NCBI GenBank assembly: GCA_010093815.1
Contig: ML996569.1
DNA: 64,000 nt
From: Pseudovirgaria hyperparasitica
Lineage: Eukaryota
Reading direction: 5' to 3' (one strand)
In this document: positions 28,201 through 42,400 of the stretch, piece by piece
Layout: the number at the start of each line of letters is the position of its first letter
How positions within the stretch are numbered: the stretch's first letter is position 1
Made by a program: the position numbers and the translations under genes
Notes under the pieces: model-generated
Database searches by the model: none
Seen by the model: only the letters and a program-made list of their open reading frames with translations
Told to the model about the DNA's origin: nothing

Positions 28201-29409
28201 TAGTATTAATATATCCTTAAAACGCTTCTAGTATATTTATTAGCCCGAATAGTATAATAGTATACTTAAAATAACTATATCTAGTTTGAAATATAGTTTT
28301 CTACTTATCTCCGCGACGAATTTAAAGCCGGTAATATATATCTTGTAAATCTAGCTTCGTAAAGTACTTTACCTTTATTAATTAGTCTAAAGATTTACTA
28401 ACTAGCGGTAATAGGTAACGATTCTTCTTAGTTACTATATTTAGTACCTAATAGTCGACGTATAGACGTAAACTTCTATCTTTCTTCTTTATAAAGAGAA
28501 TAGATACGCCGGCCGATAACATACTATAACGTATCTAGTCTCTTTTAAGGTATTCTTTAATATATTTACGAAGAACTTTAAGTTCTAGTCTTAAAAGTAG
28601 ATAAAGTAGGCTATAAGGGACGTCTACTCTCTCTTCGAGCTTAATCTTTAGCTTATACGGCCTATAATTAGGGAGAAGTAATATATCTTCTACCGAAAAC
28701 ATATCTATATACTATGAATATACGTTAGATAGCGTGTCTTCGCCCCGATTATTACTATCATCCTTATCTTTATTAATAATTAATAAGGATATAAGATAGA
28801 TTAGCGATGATCGGGTCCGCACGGTAAGGTTCTATGCCTCCTTACTAATAGTTATAACTTACTAGTATAATTTACTACGGTATTATCGGAATATTAATAT
28901 CTTCTTCTAAAAATTAAGGATAGGGTTTAGGCGTCTAAGCTAAGGCATCCCTAGAATCATATTCTATTAGCTAATATTAGCTACGATAAATTTATTAGAT
29001 ATCTACTATTTTATTATCTTTAAGTCATGAACTTCGTAATTTATTATAGCTTTACCTAAAGTTCTAACTTTATATCTATTAACTATAATAGTTTAGCTAA
29101 CTTTACCGAGATCATACGATAATCTATACTCCTTTATAAGAATTAACGAAATATAGTTATCTTCTATACTAGTATCTACGAGGGCCTATATAGTTTTATT
29201 ACCATTTACTATAGGTAACGATACTTTTAGTAATATTAGGTCTTTACTCGCCGGAAGGCGCTATAGCTCCTCCTAAGTATATATAATTTAGCTAAGAACG
29301 CGGTTAGGTCTTATATACTAGCCTATTCTTTTTTCGGATTCTTATAGTTAGGCGAAATATATTCTATTTCTCTATACTTATAGTAACGAAGTGTGCTATA
29401 ATCCTACTA

Positions 29410-29703
29410 NNNNNNNNNNNNNNNNNNNNNNNNNNNNNNNNNNNNNNNNNNNNNNNNNNNNNNNNNNNNNNNNNNNNNNNNNNNNNNNNNNNNNNNNNNN
29501 NNNNNNNNNNNNNNNNNNNNNNNNNNNNNNNNNNNNNNNNNNNNNNNNNNNNNNNNNNNNNNNNNNNNNNNNNNNNNNNNNNNNNNNNNNNNNNNNNNNN
29601 NNNNNNNNNNNNNNNNNNNNNNNNNNNNNNNNNNNNNNNNNNNNNNNNNNNNNNNNNNNNNNNNNNNNNNNNNNNNNNNNNNNNNNNNNNNNNNNNNNNN
29701 NNN
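29410..29703. other. Assembly gap (N run) in the gag region of Gypsy-A1
   Basis: Run of N. Confidence 0.99.
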
Positions 29704-32700
29704 NTAATACTATTCCTAGTCTTTCGCGGATTAACGGAAGTAGTACTTCGCGAAACTAGAATATATAAATATTTTTCTATAGTGTAGGGATATTATCCTA
29801 TAGGTTTTAGAGGTATTATAGTAGTTAAGTAGGTGTCTAGTTCGGTCGTTATACCACGCTTCTTAACTTAGATAGTGCCTTTCTTTCACGTTCTCTATCC
29901 GTTCCGAGGGTATTTAGTATAAATATAGCTAAATATTCCTAGGTTATCGTAGATAGTAGCTATACTTCCTTCTATCTATTCTATTAATCGCGGGATTATA
30001 AGTCTAGGTATCGTTCTCCGAACGAAATATATTATACTTTAGTAGAAAAGAGTAGAGAGTTATTAAGGAAGTACTTTTCGTAGTCTCTCTTCTAGTCTTT
30101 CTACTTCTTTTAGTTCTTCCCTATAAATATAGTTAGGTCTTTAGATTTTAGTATACCTAGGGAAGGAGTAGAGTAAATCGGTAACGAAGCGGCCGGGTAT
30201 ACGGTAGATTATTATAACTCTAATGGTAGGTAAACTAATTCCGCCTAAATTAGTATAGGAAGTCGTCTACCTACTATCGTTTAGCGTAGTTCTTTAAGAG
30301 ACTCCTTAAGTTCTCGTCTCTTTACGAGGAGTTTCGCGCGTTCTACCTATTCTTTAAGGGTTTAAATCTCTCGAGCCTAATTCACGACGTATTCCTAAAG
30401 TTCGGCGATAGTTTATTATAATACCTTATATGGCTCCGCCACGACTCGTTATCCGGCTTTATATTATTAGAAGTTACTCGGTATATCTACTATTTCTTCA
30501 TCTAAAAGCTCCGTGATTTAGTCTAATATTTCTACTTCTCGGTTAGAAATAGCTAGAATTAATACTAATTATAGAGGATCCCTATTATTTAATATAGTGT
30601 TACTTATTATTAGGACGGGAACTATAATAGATCTATATAGACCATTCTAATCCATGTAGCCACGTAGTGGCCAGAGCTAGGTTAAGTTAGCTAAGTTAAG
30701 CGAGGTTACTATATAAGTAGACCGTATAAACCGATTTCTACTCGTTAGGAATTAACCTCGTATAAGAGTAAGATTACTCTATAAATATATTCCTATATCT
30801 CTCTATAAACTATTAGACTACTATCCCACGTCTTTACTCTTTATATTTTAATTCCTCTCTATATAGCACGACGGTAGCTTATAGAGATAGCTCCTACTAC
30901 ACGCTATAATACCCGTGGCACTACCTTACACGAGAGACTCTCTCTAAATCTAAATAAAGAGAATAGTCTCCCTACAACCACCTCCACCGATAAGTATACC
31001 CTATAGACTATTATACTAATAACTAGTACGGTATTCCGTATAACCATAGAAGATTACCTAGATAATAAGGAAGGAGTCTATTATACTCCATCGCGGTCTA
31101 GTTTATACTATACTAGACCTATCCTTACTATAAGACTAGACCCTATTAATATTAATGAATTAATTTATTAGAACCGACTAACGTTAACCACGCCTTACAA
31201 TAATATATATACTAAGCTATATATAGAGAGGTAGCGTTAGGCTTAGCTCGAGTAGTAACTTCGCGAACTCGACGAAGTGCGAGAACGAACCGCTAGACTC
31301 AAAGCCGCACTACGCGCTTTAGTGCTAGTAATAACTAATCTATACTAATATAGACTAACTTAAGCCGAAATAGTCTAACTAAGTCTATTACTATCCTAGT
31401 TACCTTAGCCTAAGAAACTACCTTACTTCGACGGTAAAACCAGGAGGAGCTTTTATAAATAGGCTTACTAGTATAGCTAATTCTTCTATCTATTCACGAA
31501 CGATAGTAATAAGATTAGGTTCGCATAGAACTACCTAGACCTAACGCCATCTAAACGTTAGATAGTATATTAAATTAAATACTCTAAGGATGCGCATAAC
31601 TAGGACACGTTTACTAAATTCCTTCTTTAATACTTCGGCGATAGAGCCGAGCGACGCGAATAGGCTTAGAGCCATATCTTTAAGACTTAATAGCGAGAGA
31701 GATAATCCCCGTTATAACTCCTTAAATACCTCTAACCTCTTTAGAGAGAAGCTAAGGAAGATCGTATGGTTTAATAATACGACGACTTTAAAAGGTCCCT
31801 TAACCCAAGCGTAAAGGAACGTATTAACCTTATAATATCTATCCCTACCGACCTTTAGATACTCGCGAATCTCGTAGAACGACATTAGTATATAATAAAT
31901 AACTAACGTCGTATAGGCGCACGACTATCCCTATTAATCTAATCTAATATAAAATTATCTAAAGAGGACCGGTTTAGTAATAGATCGCGCGGAATACCTT
32001 ATAGGCGCTACTACTCTACGAACTCGAGAAGACAAGGCCCGTACTACGGATCTTTCTACTAGTTAATATATTAAGACGCGAGAAACGACTTATATAAACG
32101 ACCTAAAGTTACCTACTATACCTATAGTAGGATAGGCCATATAGTACCCGAGTGCCGCTTAGGGAAACCACTAAATACTAATATAGATACTAAGTTAGTT
32201 ATATACTATAAGTACTAGTAGCTAGGATATATCGCGTCTAACTACCCGGTATATAATATAAAAAACTAACTATCTATAAGAAACCCTCGCGACTTATAGA
32301 CGTAACTAAAATAGAGAGATAACTAGCCAACTAGTACATTAAACTATAGGCTAGGCCTATTAAGGTCCCTCGTGGATAATATTAGACTATAATACTTAAT
32401 AGCGGTTTAGCTACTAACGTTATATTAACTTAACGAGCACGAGAACTTAACGTCGATATTTAAGTACTAATAGGTACTACCTTCTATAGTATCGATAGTC
32501 CTATTAAATCATAGGGTATCTATACTATTAAATATAGTATCTAGGATAGCGGGGGGAAGTGGAAACCCTACTACTTAACCTTCATCGTAGTAGATAGTCC
32601 CTTTAATATAATCCTCGGTATACCGTAGCTCGAAAAATATAACCCGAAACTAGACTTTATCTAGAAAACAGCTAGCTGGCGTATATACCTACTATAATGG

Positions 32701-33762
32701 AATCTAGTATAGCTAGTCGACGATGAATAATTCTAGAAGAACTACGAAAAGGCAATCTCCGCTATCTACGTCCTCTTACTTACTTAAAATAGAGAGCTTA
32801 GTATTAAAGTAGACGAAAACCTACTACATGTTAGGACTTAGTCTTAGGTAGGACCCGACCTACACGTACCTTAGCTAATAGGGATAGGAGGTGACGTGAA
32901 GGGCGGTAAACAGTCACGTGCTAGATAGATCGGCGTCCCTTTATGTATATACTCTTAGATTCCTACCGAAAGGGTTCGGTAGTAATTCGTTCTATAATAG
33001 AATACACCCTATTATTCTATCTAACTATACTACTATCTAATAACTCTATTCTTATATTCGAATTACTTCCCATATAGTACTATAGTTAAGATAGTCTAAC
33101 TAGAACTAAGAAGGTCGACACGATCTACTATAGGGATAAGTAATACTATATTAAATAATAGGGATCCTCTATAATCGGCATTAATCCCGGCCGTTTCTAA
33201 CCGAGAAGTAGAAATATTAGACTAAATCACGGAGCTTTTAGACGAAGAAATAGTAGATACGCCGAGTAACTTCTAATAATATAAAGCCGGATAACGAGTC
33301 GTGGCGGAGCCATATAAGGTATTATAATAAACCATCGCCGAACTTTAGAAATACGTCGTAAATTAGGCTCGAGAGATTTAAACCCTTAAAGAATAGATAG
33401 AACGCGCGAAACTCCTCGTAAAGAGACGAGAACTTAAGGAGTCTCTTAAAGAACTACGCCGAACGATAGTAGATGGACGACTTCCTATACTAATTTAGGC
33501 GGAATTAGTTTACCTACTATTAGAGTTATAATAATCTACCGTATACCCGGCCGCTTCGTTACCGATTTACCCTACTCCTTCCCTAGGTATACCAAAACCT
33601 AAAGACCCGACTATATTTATAGAGAAGAACTAAAAGGAGTAGAAAGACTAGAAGAGAGACTACGAAAAGTACTTCCTTAATAACTCTCTACTCTTTTCTA
33701 CTAAAGTATAACGCATTTCGTTCGGAGAACGATACCTAGACTTATAATCCCGCGATTAATAG

Positions 33763-34132
33763 NNNNNNNNNNNNNNNNNNNNNNNNNNNNNNNNNNNNNN
33801 NNNNNNNNNNNNNNNNNNNNNNNNNNNNNNNNNNNNNNNNNNNNNNNNNNNNNNNNNNNNNNNNNNNNNNNNNNNNNNNNNNNNNNNNNNNNNNNNNNNN
33901 NNNNNNNNNNNNNNNNNNNNNNNNNNNNNNNNNNNNNNNNNNNNNNNNNNNNNNNNNNNNNNNNNNNNNNNNNNNNNNNNNNNNNNNNNNNNNNNNNNNN
34001 NNNNNNNNNNNNNNNNNNNNNNNNNNNNNNNNNNNNNNNNNNNNNNNNNNNNNNNNNNNNNNNNNNNNNNNNNNNNNNNNNNNNNNNNNNNNNNNNNNNN
34101 NNNNNNNNNNNNNNNNNNNNNNNNNNNNNNNN
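33763..34132. other. Assembly gap (N run) in the gag region of Gypsy-A2
   Basis: Run of N. Confidence 0.99.
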
Positions 34133-37100
34133 AGAAACGCGTTAAGAGGATACCGAAATAATTAAGGCGGTACTTCTTAACGCGGAAAAGCATAAGGCAT
34201 AGGCTTAAATATAACGCCTATCGTAAAATAGTAGGATTATAGCACACTTCGTTACTATAAGTATAGAGAAATAGAATATATTTCGCCTAACTATAAGAAT
34301 CCGAAAAAAGAATAGGCTAGTATATAAGACCTAACCGCGTTCTTAGCTAAATTATATATACTTAGGAGGAGCTATAGCGCCTTCCGGCGAGTAAAGACCT
34401 AATATTACTAAAAGTATCGTTACCTATAGTAAATGGTAATAAAACTATATAGGCCCTCGTGGACACTAGTATAGAAGATAACTATATTTTATTAATTCTT
34501 ATAAAGAAGTATAGATTATTATACGATCTTAGTAAAGTTAGCCGAACTATCGTAGTTAATAGATATAAAGTTAGAACTTTAGGTAAAGCTATAATGAATT
34601 ACGAAGTTCATAACTCGAAGATAATAAAATAGTAGATGTCTAATAAATTTATCGTGGCTAATATTAGCTAATAGAATATGATTCTAGGGATGCCTTAGCT
34701 TAGATGCCTAAACCCTATCCTTGATTTTTAGAAGGAGATATTAACGTTCCGATAATACCGTGGTAAATTATACTAGTAAGTTATAACTATTAGTAAGGAG
34801 GCATAGAACCTCGCCGTGCGGACCCGATCGTCGCTAATCTATCTTACGTCCTTATTAATTATTAATAAAGATAAGGATAATAGTAATAATCAGGGCGAAG
34901 ACACGCTACCCGACGTATATTCATAGTATATAGATGTGTTTTCGGTAGGAGATGCGTTACTTCTCCCTAATCACGGGCCGTATAAGCTAAAGATTAAGCT
35001 TAAAGAGGGAGTAGATATCCCTTATAGCCTACTTTACCTACTTTTAAGACTAGAACTCGAAGTTCTTTATAAATATATTAAAGAATACCTCGAAAGAGGC
35101 TAGATACGTTATAGTATATTATTAGCTGGCGTACCTATTCTCTTCGTAAAGAAGAAAGACGGAAGTTTATATCTATGCATCGACTATCGGGCACTAAATA
35201 TAGTAACTAAGAAGAATCGTCACCTATTACCGCTAGTTAGTAAATCTTTAGACTAATTAATAAAGGTAAAGTACTTTATAAAGCTAGATTTATAAGATAT
35301 ATATTACTAGCTTCGAATTCGTCACGGAGATAAGTGGAAAACTGCATTTCGGACTAGATATAGTTATTTTAAGTATACTATTATGCTATTCGGGCTAATA
35401 AATACGCTAGGAGCGTTTTAAGGATATATTAATACTATACTCGTAGGATTACTTAACGTGATTTACGTAGTTTATCTCGATAATATACTAATTTACTCCG
35501 ATAGCATGTAGGATTATAAAGAACACGTGAAATCGGTACTAAATTATCTAAGGTAGTATAAACTCTATGTAAAATTATCTAAATGCGAGTTTTACTAATA
35601 AGAAGTTGGGTTTCTCGGCTTTATTATAATATATAGCGGCCTAAAAATAGAGCCGGAGCGTATAAAGACCATCATAGAATGGCTAGAACCTACTACTATA
35701 CGTTAAATTAGAATATTTATAGGTTTCGTGAACTATTATTATAAATTTATTATAGGCTTCTTATAAATTACGGCGCCGCTTAATAAACTCATAGAGAATA
35801 GCGGTAAAATCCCTATAGATGGGCGAGTATAGCGTAAAGCTAAGTCGGTCGAGATATAGTTAACGCCGGAAGCGCGAGATACGTTCCGATCGTTAAAGAA
35901 TTACTTTATAACTACGCCGATTCTTAGGTATTTCGATTCTAAGAAGTATATTCGGGTCGAAACTAACGCGTTAGAATTTATAATTACTAGAATTATTAGT
36001 TAACCGTATAAAGATACGAAAGATAAGGTATAATAGCACCCGGTCGCCTTCTTTTCCCGTAAAATGGTGGATATAGAGACGCGTTATAACACGCACGACT
36101 AGGAACTACTTATAATCGTTAAGAGTTTTAAGTCATAGCGATATTATTTAGAAGGCTCCGTATATTAGATCGAATTATTATTAGATTACGTAAATCTACG
36201 TTACTTTATATTAACTAAGGTCCTTAATCACCGATAAGTACGTTAGGCTAAGTGGATATTAATATTTAACTTTAAAATCTTATATAAAGCTAGAAGAGAG
36301 AATAAAGCTAATCCTCTATCGCGGCGTAAAGATTATAAGAAATCGTCATAGAATGACGTAGATAGTCGGTGTAATTCAGACTATGCTATACTTTAGATAC
36401 TATAAGACTAGTTATCTAATAGAATGCTAGAAGCCAGGACACTTTCGGCGATTCTCCGCGGGAATTAGAGCGGGTATTAAGTAATCTAAATAAACGTCTA
36501 AGAAACTAAGAAAACCCTTAAAGACTTAATTAAATCTACCTAGAATTCCGATATATTAGTAAAGAAAGTCATAAGTATAAAAGGAAGCGCTATAGATCCG
36601 CCATAGTTATTAAGGTAGAAACGACGATCGGACGCGATCTACTTCTAAGGCCGACTCTACGTGCCTAAAGGCGGCTTATAAATCGATATTTTAAGGGAAT
36701 AGTATGATTACGCGTTAGTAGGGTACTTCGGCGTTATAAGGACGGTTAATTTAATCCGAAGGACGTACGACTAGCCGGGTCTTTATAAATATATAAAAGA
36801 CTACGTAAAAACGTATAACGTTTACCAGTATACGAAAGTATATAGACACTTACTATATGGCGAATTAAGGCTATTACCTATACTAAAGGAGGCATGGAAG
36901 GAATTATTAATGGATTTCATTATAGATCTACCCCTAAGTAAGTATTCTAGGCATATTTATAATAGTTTACTTATAGTTCTAGATAGATTTACGAAGATAT
37001 TATACTACATCCCTATAAGGAAGATAATCTAAGCACCGGATCTTATAGATATACTACTCCGTGACGTAGTCCGGCTCTATAGTATACTAAACGGTATAGT

Positions 37101-38428
37101 TTCGGATAGAGGTCCGTAGATAACGTCTAAATTTTAGAAGGATTTCTACTATACGCTAGGAATTAAGCGGAAACTTAGTACTACGTTCTATCTATAAATA
37201 GATAGATAGACAGAGCGGTAGAATTAGATAGTCGAGGCGTATTTACGCGTATATTATAACTATAAGTAGGATAACTAGGTAAGGTTAGTCTATGTCGCGG
37301 AATTCGCGTATAATAACAGCCGATATACGTTAACCTACGTAAGTCCGTTCAAAGTAAACTTCGGTTAGAACCATAATACGTAGTTCTTAGGGACTTAGTT
37401 TAAAGTAGAACGACCTAACGTTAAAGTAATAGAAATTACTATAGAACTATTCTAAACGTAAAGAAGCGTTATAAAGTTACTATAAGATACTACGAATTAT
37501 AGTAAATCGCACTATAATAAGGGTAGAAAACCCATGATCTTTAATGTTAGGGATAAAGTTTTACTAAATAGTAAGAATATTTATAGTATTAGGCTAAAGA
37601 AGAAGCTTAACTATACGATAATAGGTCTATATAAGATTACTCGTGTAATTAATGACTAGGCGTACGAGTTATAACTCCCTCCTATATTAAAGATATATAA
37701 TATGTTCTATATCACGCTTCTCGAGCTATTTCATGCCTTATTATTACCGGATCGTTCTAAATAGATGCTATATAAAGTAGTTACGTAAGAAGGTATAGAT
37801 ATCTATAAAGTTAAGTAGATACTTAGCTAGTAACGCGCCGAAGATGGCACGTAGCTATATAAAATTCGTTAGAAAGGATATAATCCTAACGAAGATACTT
37901 AGGAACCTATAATAAACATTAGTAAAGTAGCGATATTAGTATATAAGTAGTAATTAGCAAAGGAAGCCGCGGAATCGTAGAGAATTATACTAAAGTACGG
38001 CGATTCGACGTTTTTTAGTATAGTTTAGCGCTAAGAACGGCCGCCTAAAAGGAAGAAGGTAAAAGAGATATAGATCTTTAAAACATTCTAAGGAATTAAG
38101 GAACTTCCTTAGAAAGTTTAAACTTAGAACTTCAAAAATTTAACTAAAAAAGAGACTTAGAAAAATGATTTACTAAGAGAAATGGACATTAAAAGTCGGT
38201 GCCGATTAGTATAGATTGGTATAGATTACTAAAGAGATTAAAGAAGTTATTATTAAAGAAAGATAAAATTAAGAAAGCTAAAAGAAAATATAAAGATCTA
38301 TATAGATCTATATAAACTCGTACTAATCTATCTAGAAGAAGTAAGATCGCTTTAAAATTAAAACCGAAAAACCAAAAACGCTAGATAAAAGAGATATATT
38401 AGTACCGATCGGTATAGATCTAAACTAA

Positions 38429-39410
38429 TTAAGTCGGAGTAGGAGTAGAAGTACTAATTACCGCGATAGTTATATCTAATTCCTTCCGCTGGTTCTTATT
38501 TAGTATAGTATAGAGCTTTATAATATAAGTCTCTAGCCTTTCGTTCCGACGCTATAAATTCTATATAGCGCGCCTTATAGCTATGAACTCCTCTATAGAA
38601 ACCTATAGAGCAGCAGGACCCAGGATAGAGAGGGACGGACCGGCGCGGGCACGCTAAGAATTATATAAATCAGCGAAAAGATTTAACGATCGGTATAGAA
38701 CCACATACCTTTAGTATAGAAACTTCTAGATTAGAGCTATCTTCCCTAAATTTACGGCTCTTTAGCACGCGTAAGGAAGGAACCTTAGCCTTTTTACTAG
38801 AACCCTTTCTAGGAATTCTAATATTACTAGTATATAGAAAGAAGTCCGAAGTAGTAGAGATTTTAGCACTATTATAGAGATTAATATATATTAGTAAGAA
38901 TCTATAATGATTTAAGAAAAACGATATTACCTAGTAATCGCGGTAATAATAGCTATAGTAGATTCTAATAAATCCTTACAGATCTTATTAGAATCGTACT
39001 CCTAGGCGTAACCCTTACCTTAGGTATATAGCTCATAAAAAGCCTTCTCTAAGGCATTACGATCAGTAGTACTACGCTCCTTATCAGTAGGGGTTACTAG
39101 AGGCCTAGTAGTAATCTATACTAATATAAGTAAATCTACGTAAAGTTCTTCGAACTTACTTAAATACCTATAAGTAATAACGCTTCTTAGTTATGCAAGT
39201 ACCGTATATTATAGATTTAGTACCGCCGTGAGTAATATACGATAGAAAGCGATAACTATAATAATATATAGCTAGATTATTAGAGCCCGGCCTAGGTCGG
39301 GGTAGATTAATGGCTTTCGACATATTAGTAATATATACGAGATAGGGATTATTCGAAGGCGCCTATTTCCGCGCTAATTACTTTAGAGCGTCGAGATTTC
39401 GGGAAACTAT
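38429..39410 (-). pseudogene. Antisense accessory gene of Gypsy-A copy 2 (same gene as 24227-25208)
   Basis: Same 982-nt span. Retains an unmutated GTATGT..GCTGAT..TAG intron and a TGC codon in Y(C)GTCITKKRY-Y(C)L*(Q). Confidence 0.72.
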
Positions 39411-42400
39411 ATTAAGATTATTATTAATTTATACGGATTATTACGAATTATATTATTACTAGCTAAGGACGGCACGAAAATTAGTAAATTGCGTAAATCA
39501 TACTAAATTATAGTAAATCTATATAAATCTATATCTATAAGAATCGGGTGATATACCTAATAATCTAAAAAACTCTATAAAGAGTTGAGAAGTTTTTTAA
39601 AGAAAGGAATATTTCTAAGAAAAGATTTTAATATAGATAGTACCCGGGCTTACCTAATTACATTACGTGATACGCTAGGCCTAATTAGGTAATCTTATCT
39701 ATATAAGAAGTTAAGATAGATAAAATTTAGTTTATTAGGAAAACGCTTATATAAATCTTAGATCGGCGAATATCGGTAAGTATCTAAGATAAAGCATAGA
39801 GAACGACTAAGGTCTTATAAGACTTAGGATAGGGATATAGAGATAGATAATAATCTAGGTTGCTAAGGGCAGCTTCCTAGAGAGAAGGGATAATTATTAG
39901 GACTTAGCCTTAGGTAGGACCCGACCTACACGTACCTTAGCTAATAGGGATAGGAGGTAACGTGAAGGGCGGTAAATAGTTACATACTAGATAGATCGGC
40001 GTCCCTTTATATATATACTCTCGGATTCCTACTAAAAGGGTTCGGTAGTAATTCATTCTATGATAGAATACACCCCATTGTTCTATCTAACTACACTACT
40101 ATCTAATAACCCTATTCTTACACTACATTAGTATAAAATATACTAATATATCGCGTTAGTAATCGACTCGTCCGAATTACCTTAATACTAACCTACCGAC
40201 CTTACTATTAACCTCGAAGACGGTTAATAACCCCTATATGGACCCATCTACCCTCTATTAGAACCCGAGCTATAGGTCCTCCGAGAATATATCGAAAAGA
40301 ACCTTACGCGAGAATAGATTAGACCTAGTATATCTCTAGCCGGAGCTCTAATCCTCTTTATAAAGAAGAAGGATAGGAGTCTCTATCTATATATTAACTA
40401 CCGTAGCCTAAATAATATCACGCGAAAGAATTATTACCTACTACCTCTTATCTCTAAGTCTATTAATAGACTAGGGCGCGCGAAGATCTTTACTAAGCTT
40501 AATCTACGCGACGCCTACTACCGCCTATATATTAAGAAGGGCGATAAGTAGAAAACGGCGTTTAGGACCCGTTATAGATACTTCGAGTATATAGTAGTCC
40601 CTTTTAGACTAACTAACGCGCTAGGAACCTTCTAAGCGTATATTAATAACGCGCTAGTAGGCCTACTCGATACGACGTGTATCATATACCTCGATAACAT
40701 CCTTATCTTCTCTAATAACGAAGAAGAACACATCTAGCACGTACGCGTAGTCCTAGATAGGCTAGAAAAACATAAGCTATATATTAAGCTATCTAAATAC
40801 GAGTTCCACTAGGACTATATTAACTTCCTTAGCTTCGTTATTACTAATTAAGGTATAACTATAGAAAGGGATAGGGTCGCTACTATCGTGGACTAGCCTA
40901 AACTAAAATCGGTTTAAGATATACATATCTTTATCGGATTTACTAATTACTACTAAAAATTCGTTAAGTATTTCTCCCGGCTAGTAGTACCGCTTAACGC
41001 GTGTACTACTACTATAGATTCGTCTATTACGGTCCGTGGTGGATAGAAATAGTATAATATTAAATCGTAGCCTATAGAATTATCGGAAGACGAAAGGGCC
41101 TCCTTCGAGAAAATCAAAGAGGCATTTATAACTACCCTATTACTAGTATACTTCGACCTAACTAAACCTATCCGTGTCGAAACTAACACGTTAGGATTTA
41201 TAATCTTAGGTATTCTCTTCTAGCCTAGACTAACTAAGTCTAAAAAGGTCTAATAGTATCTAGTTATATTCTTCTTACGTAAAATAGTTAATATTAAGAC
41301 TAGATATACTATCTATAACCAAGAGCTACTAGTAATAGTAGAGTCGTTTAAATAGTAGCGATATTATCTTAAAGGTACTATATATAACGTCGAGTTACTA
41401 ACTAATTACTATAACTTAAAGGGGTTTATAAGCACGACGGTTTTAAACCGTCGATAGATCTAATAGACTAAGTAGCTTACGAACTTTCACTTTATAATCT
41501 ACTATTAACCTAGAAGTATAAACCTAGCTAATAGAATATTAAGAAGACCTAACTATAAAGAAGGCGCCTAGGATTATAGTAGCTATAGAGTCCTAGAGTA
41601 GCTATAGGCCTAACTCTTAAGGACGAGGTTGGATTTTAAGTTATTAGGCGATTAGCGAGATACTAACGTTAATACTAGTAATTAAATCTCTAAGACCGAA
41701 GCCGGTAACTAAAGACGTAGTACTAAAGTCCCTAGTAGGCCGTTTATTAGCGCTATCGGGAAGGGCGATAATACCTAGCGTGAATATCTAATTAACCTTA
41801 CCTAGTTAATCGTGGATCTATAGAAGATAGACCTAATAGTTTTAAAGTTACGTAAAATATAGTAAGATAGGTTATTATAGACTAAAGTAGACTATAAGTA
41901 GACCTTTATGGACGGCTTACTTTACTATAATAGAAAGTACTATATACTAATAGATAACGCGCAATTTAACGTAGTTAGCTGATACTATAATACTAACCTA
42001 GTAGAATACTTTAGGTATATACGTACCCTAAGCTTAATTCATTAGTACTATTTTTAGAAAGATATACCTAAGTACGTCGAAGAATAGATAGCTACTTATC
42101 CGATTTATCAAAGAACGAAGGCCCCTAGGCATAAGCCATATAGGAATTTACAGCCTCTTTCAGCCCCCCTCTTTATATAGGAAGACGTTACTATAGATTT
42201 TATAACTAACTTACCTCTAAGTAAGATACTTAGAATAAGTTATAATTCTATTCTTATTATCGTAGATAGACTTATAAAGATATCTAGGTATATCCCGGTA
42301 TAGAAGACGATTACATCTAAAGAACTAGCGTAGGTATTCTAGAACAAGATTATTAAGGTCTATAGTATACTAAAAAGGATCGTTACGGACCGAGGAAGTA

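Larger units (their letters stand above)
32829..40122 (+). mobile_element. Gypsy/chromovirus family A, copy 2 (full length, RIPed)
   Basis: 228-bp LTRs at 32829-33056 and 39895-40122 (TG..CA termini). TSD CTACA (32824-32828 / 40123-40127). Protease ALVDTS, RT VVYLDN(D)ILIYS at ~35467, integrase, chromodomain at ~37800. Confidence 0.95.

Noticed and set aside
29391..34193. ORFs 29391-29759, 33756-34193 and 31590-31814
   Set aside because: Artefacts of N runs, or chance open stretches in RIPed gag sequence.
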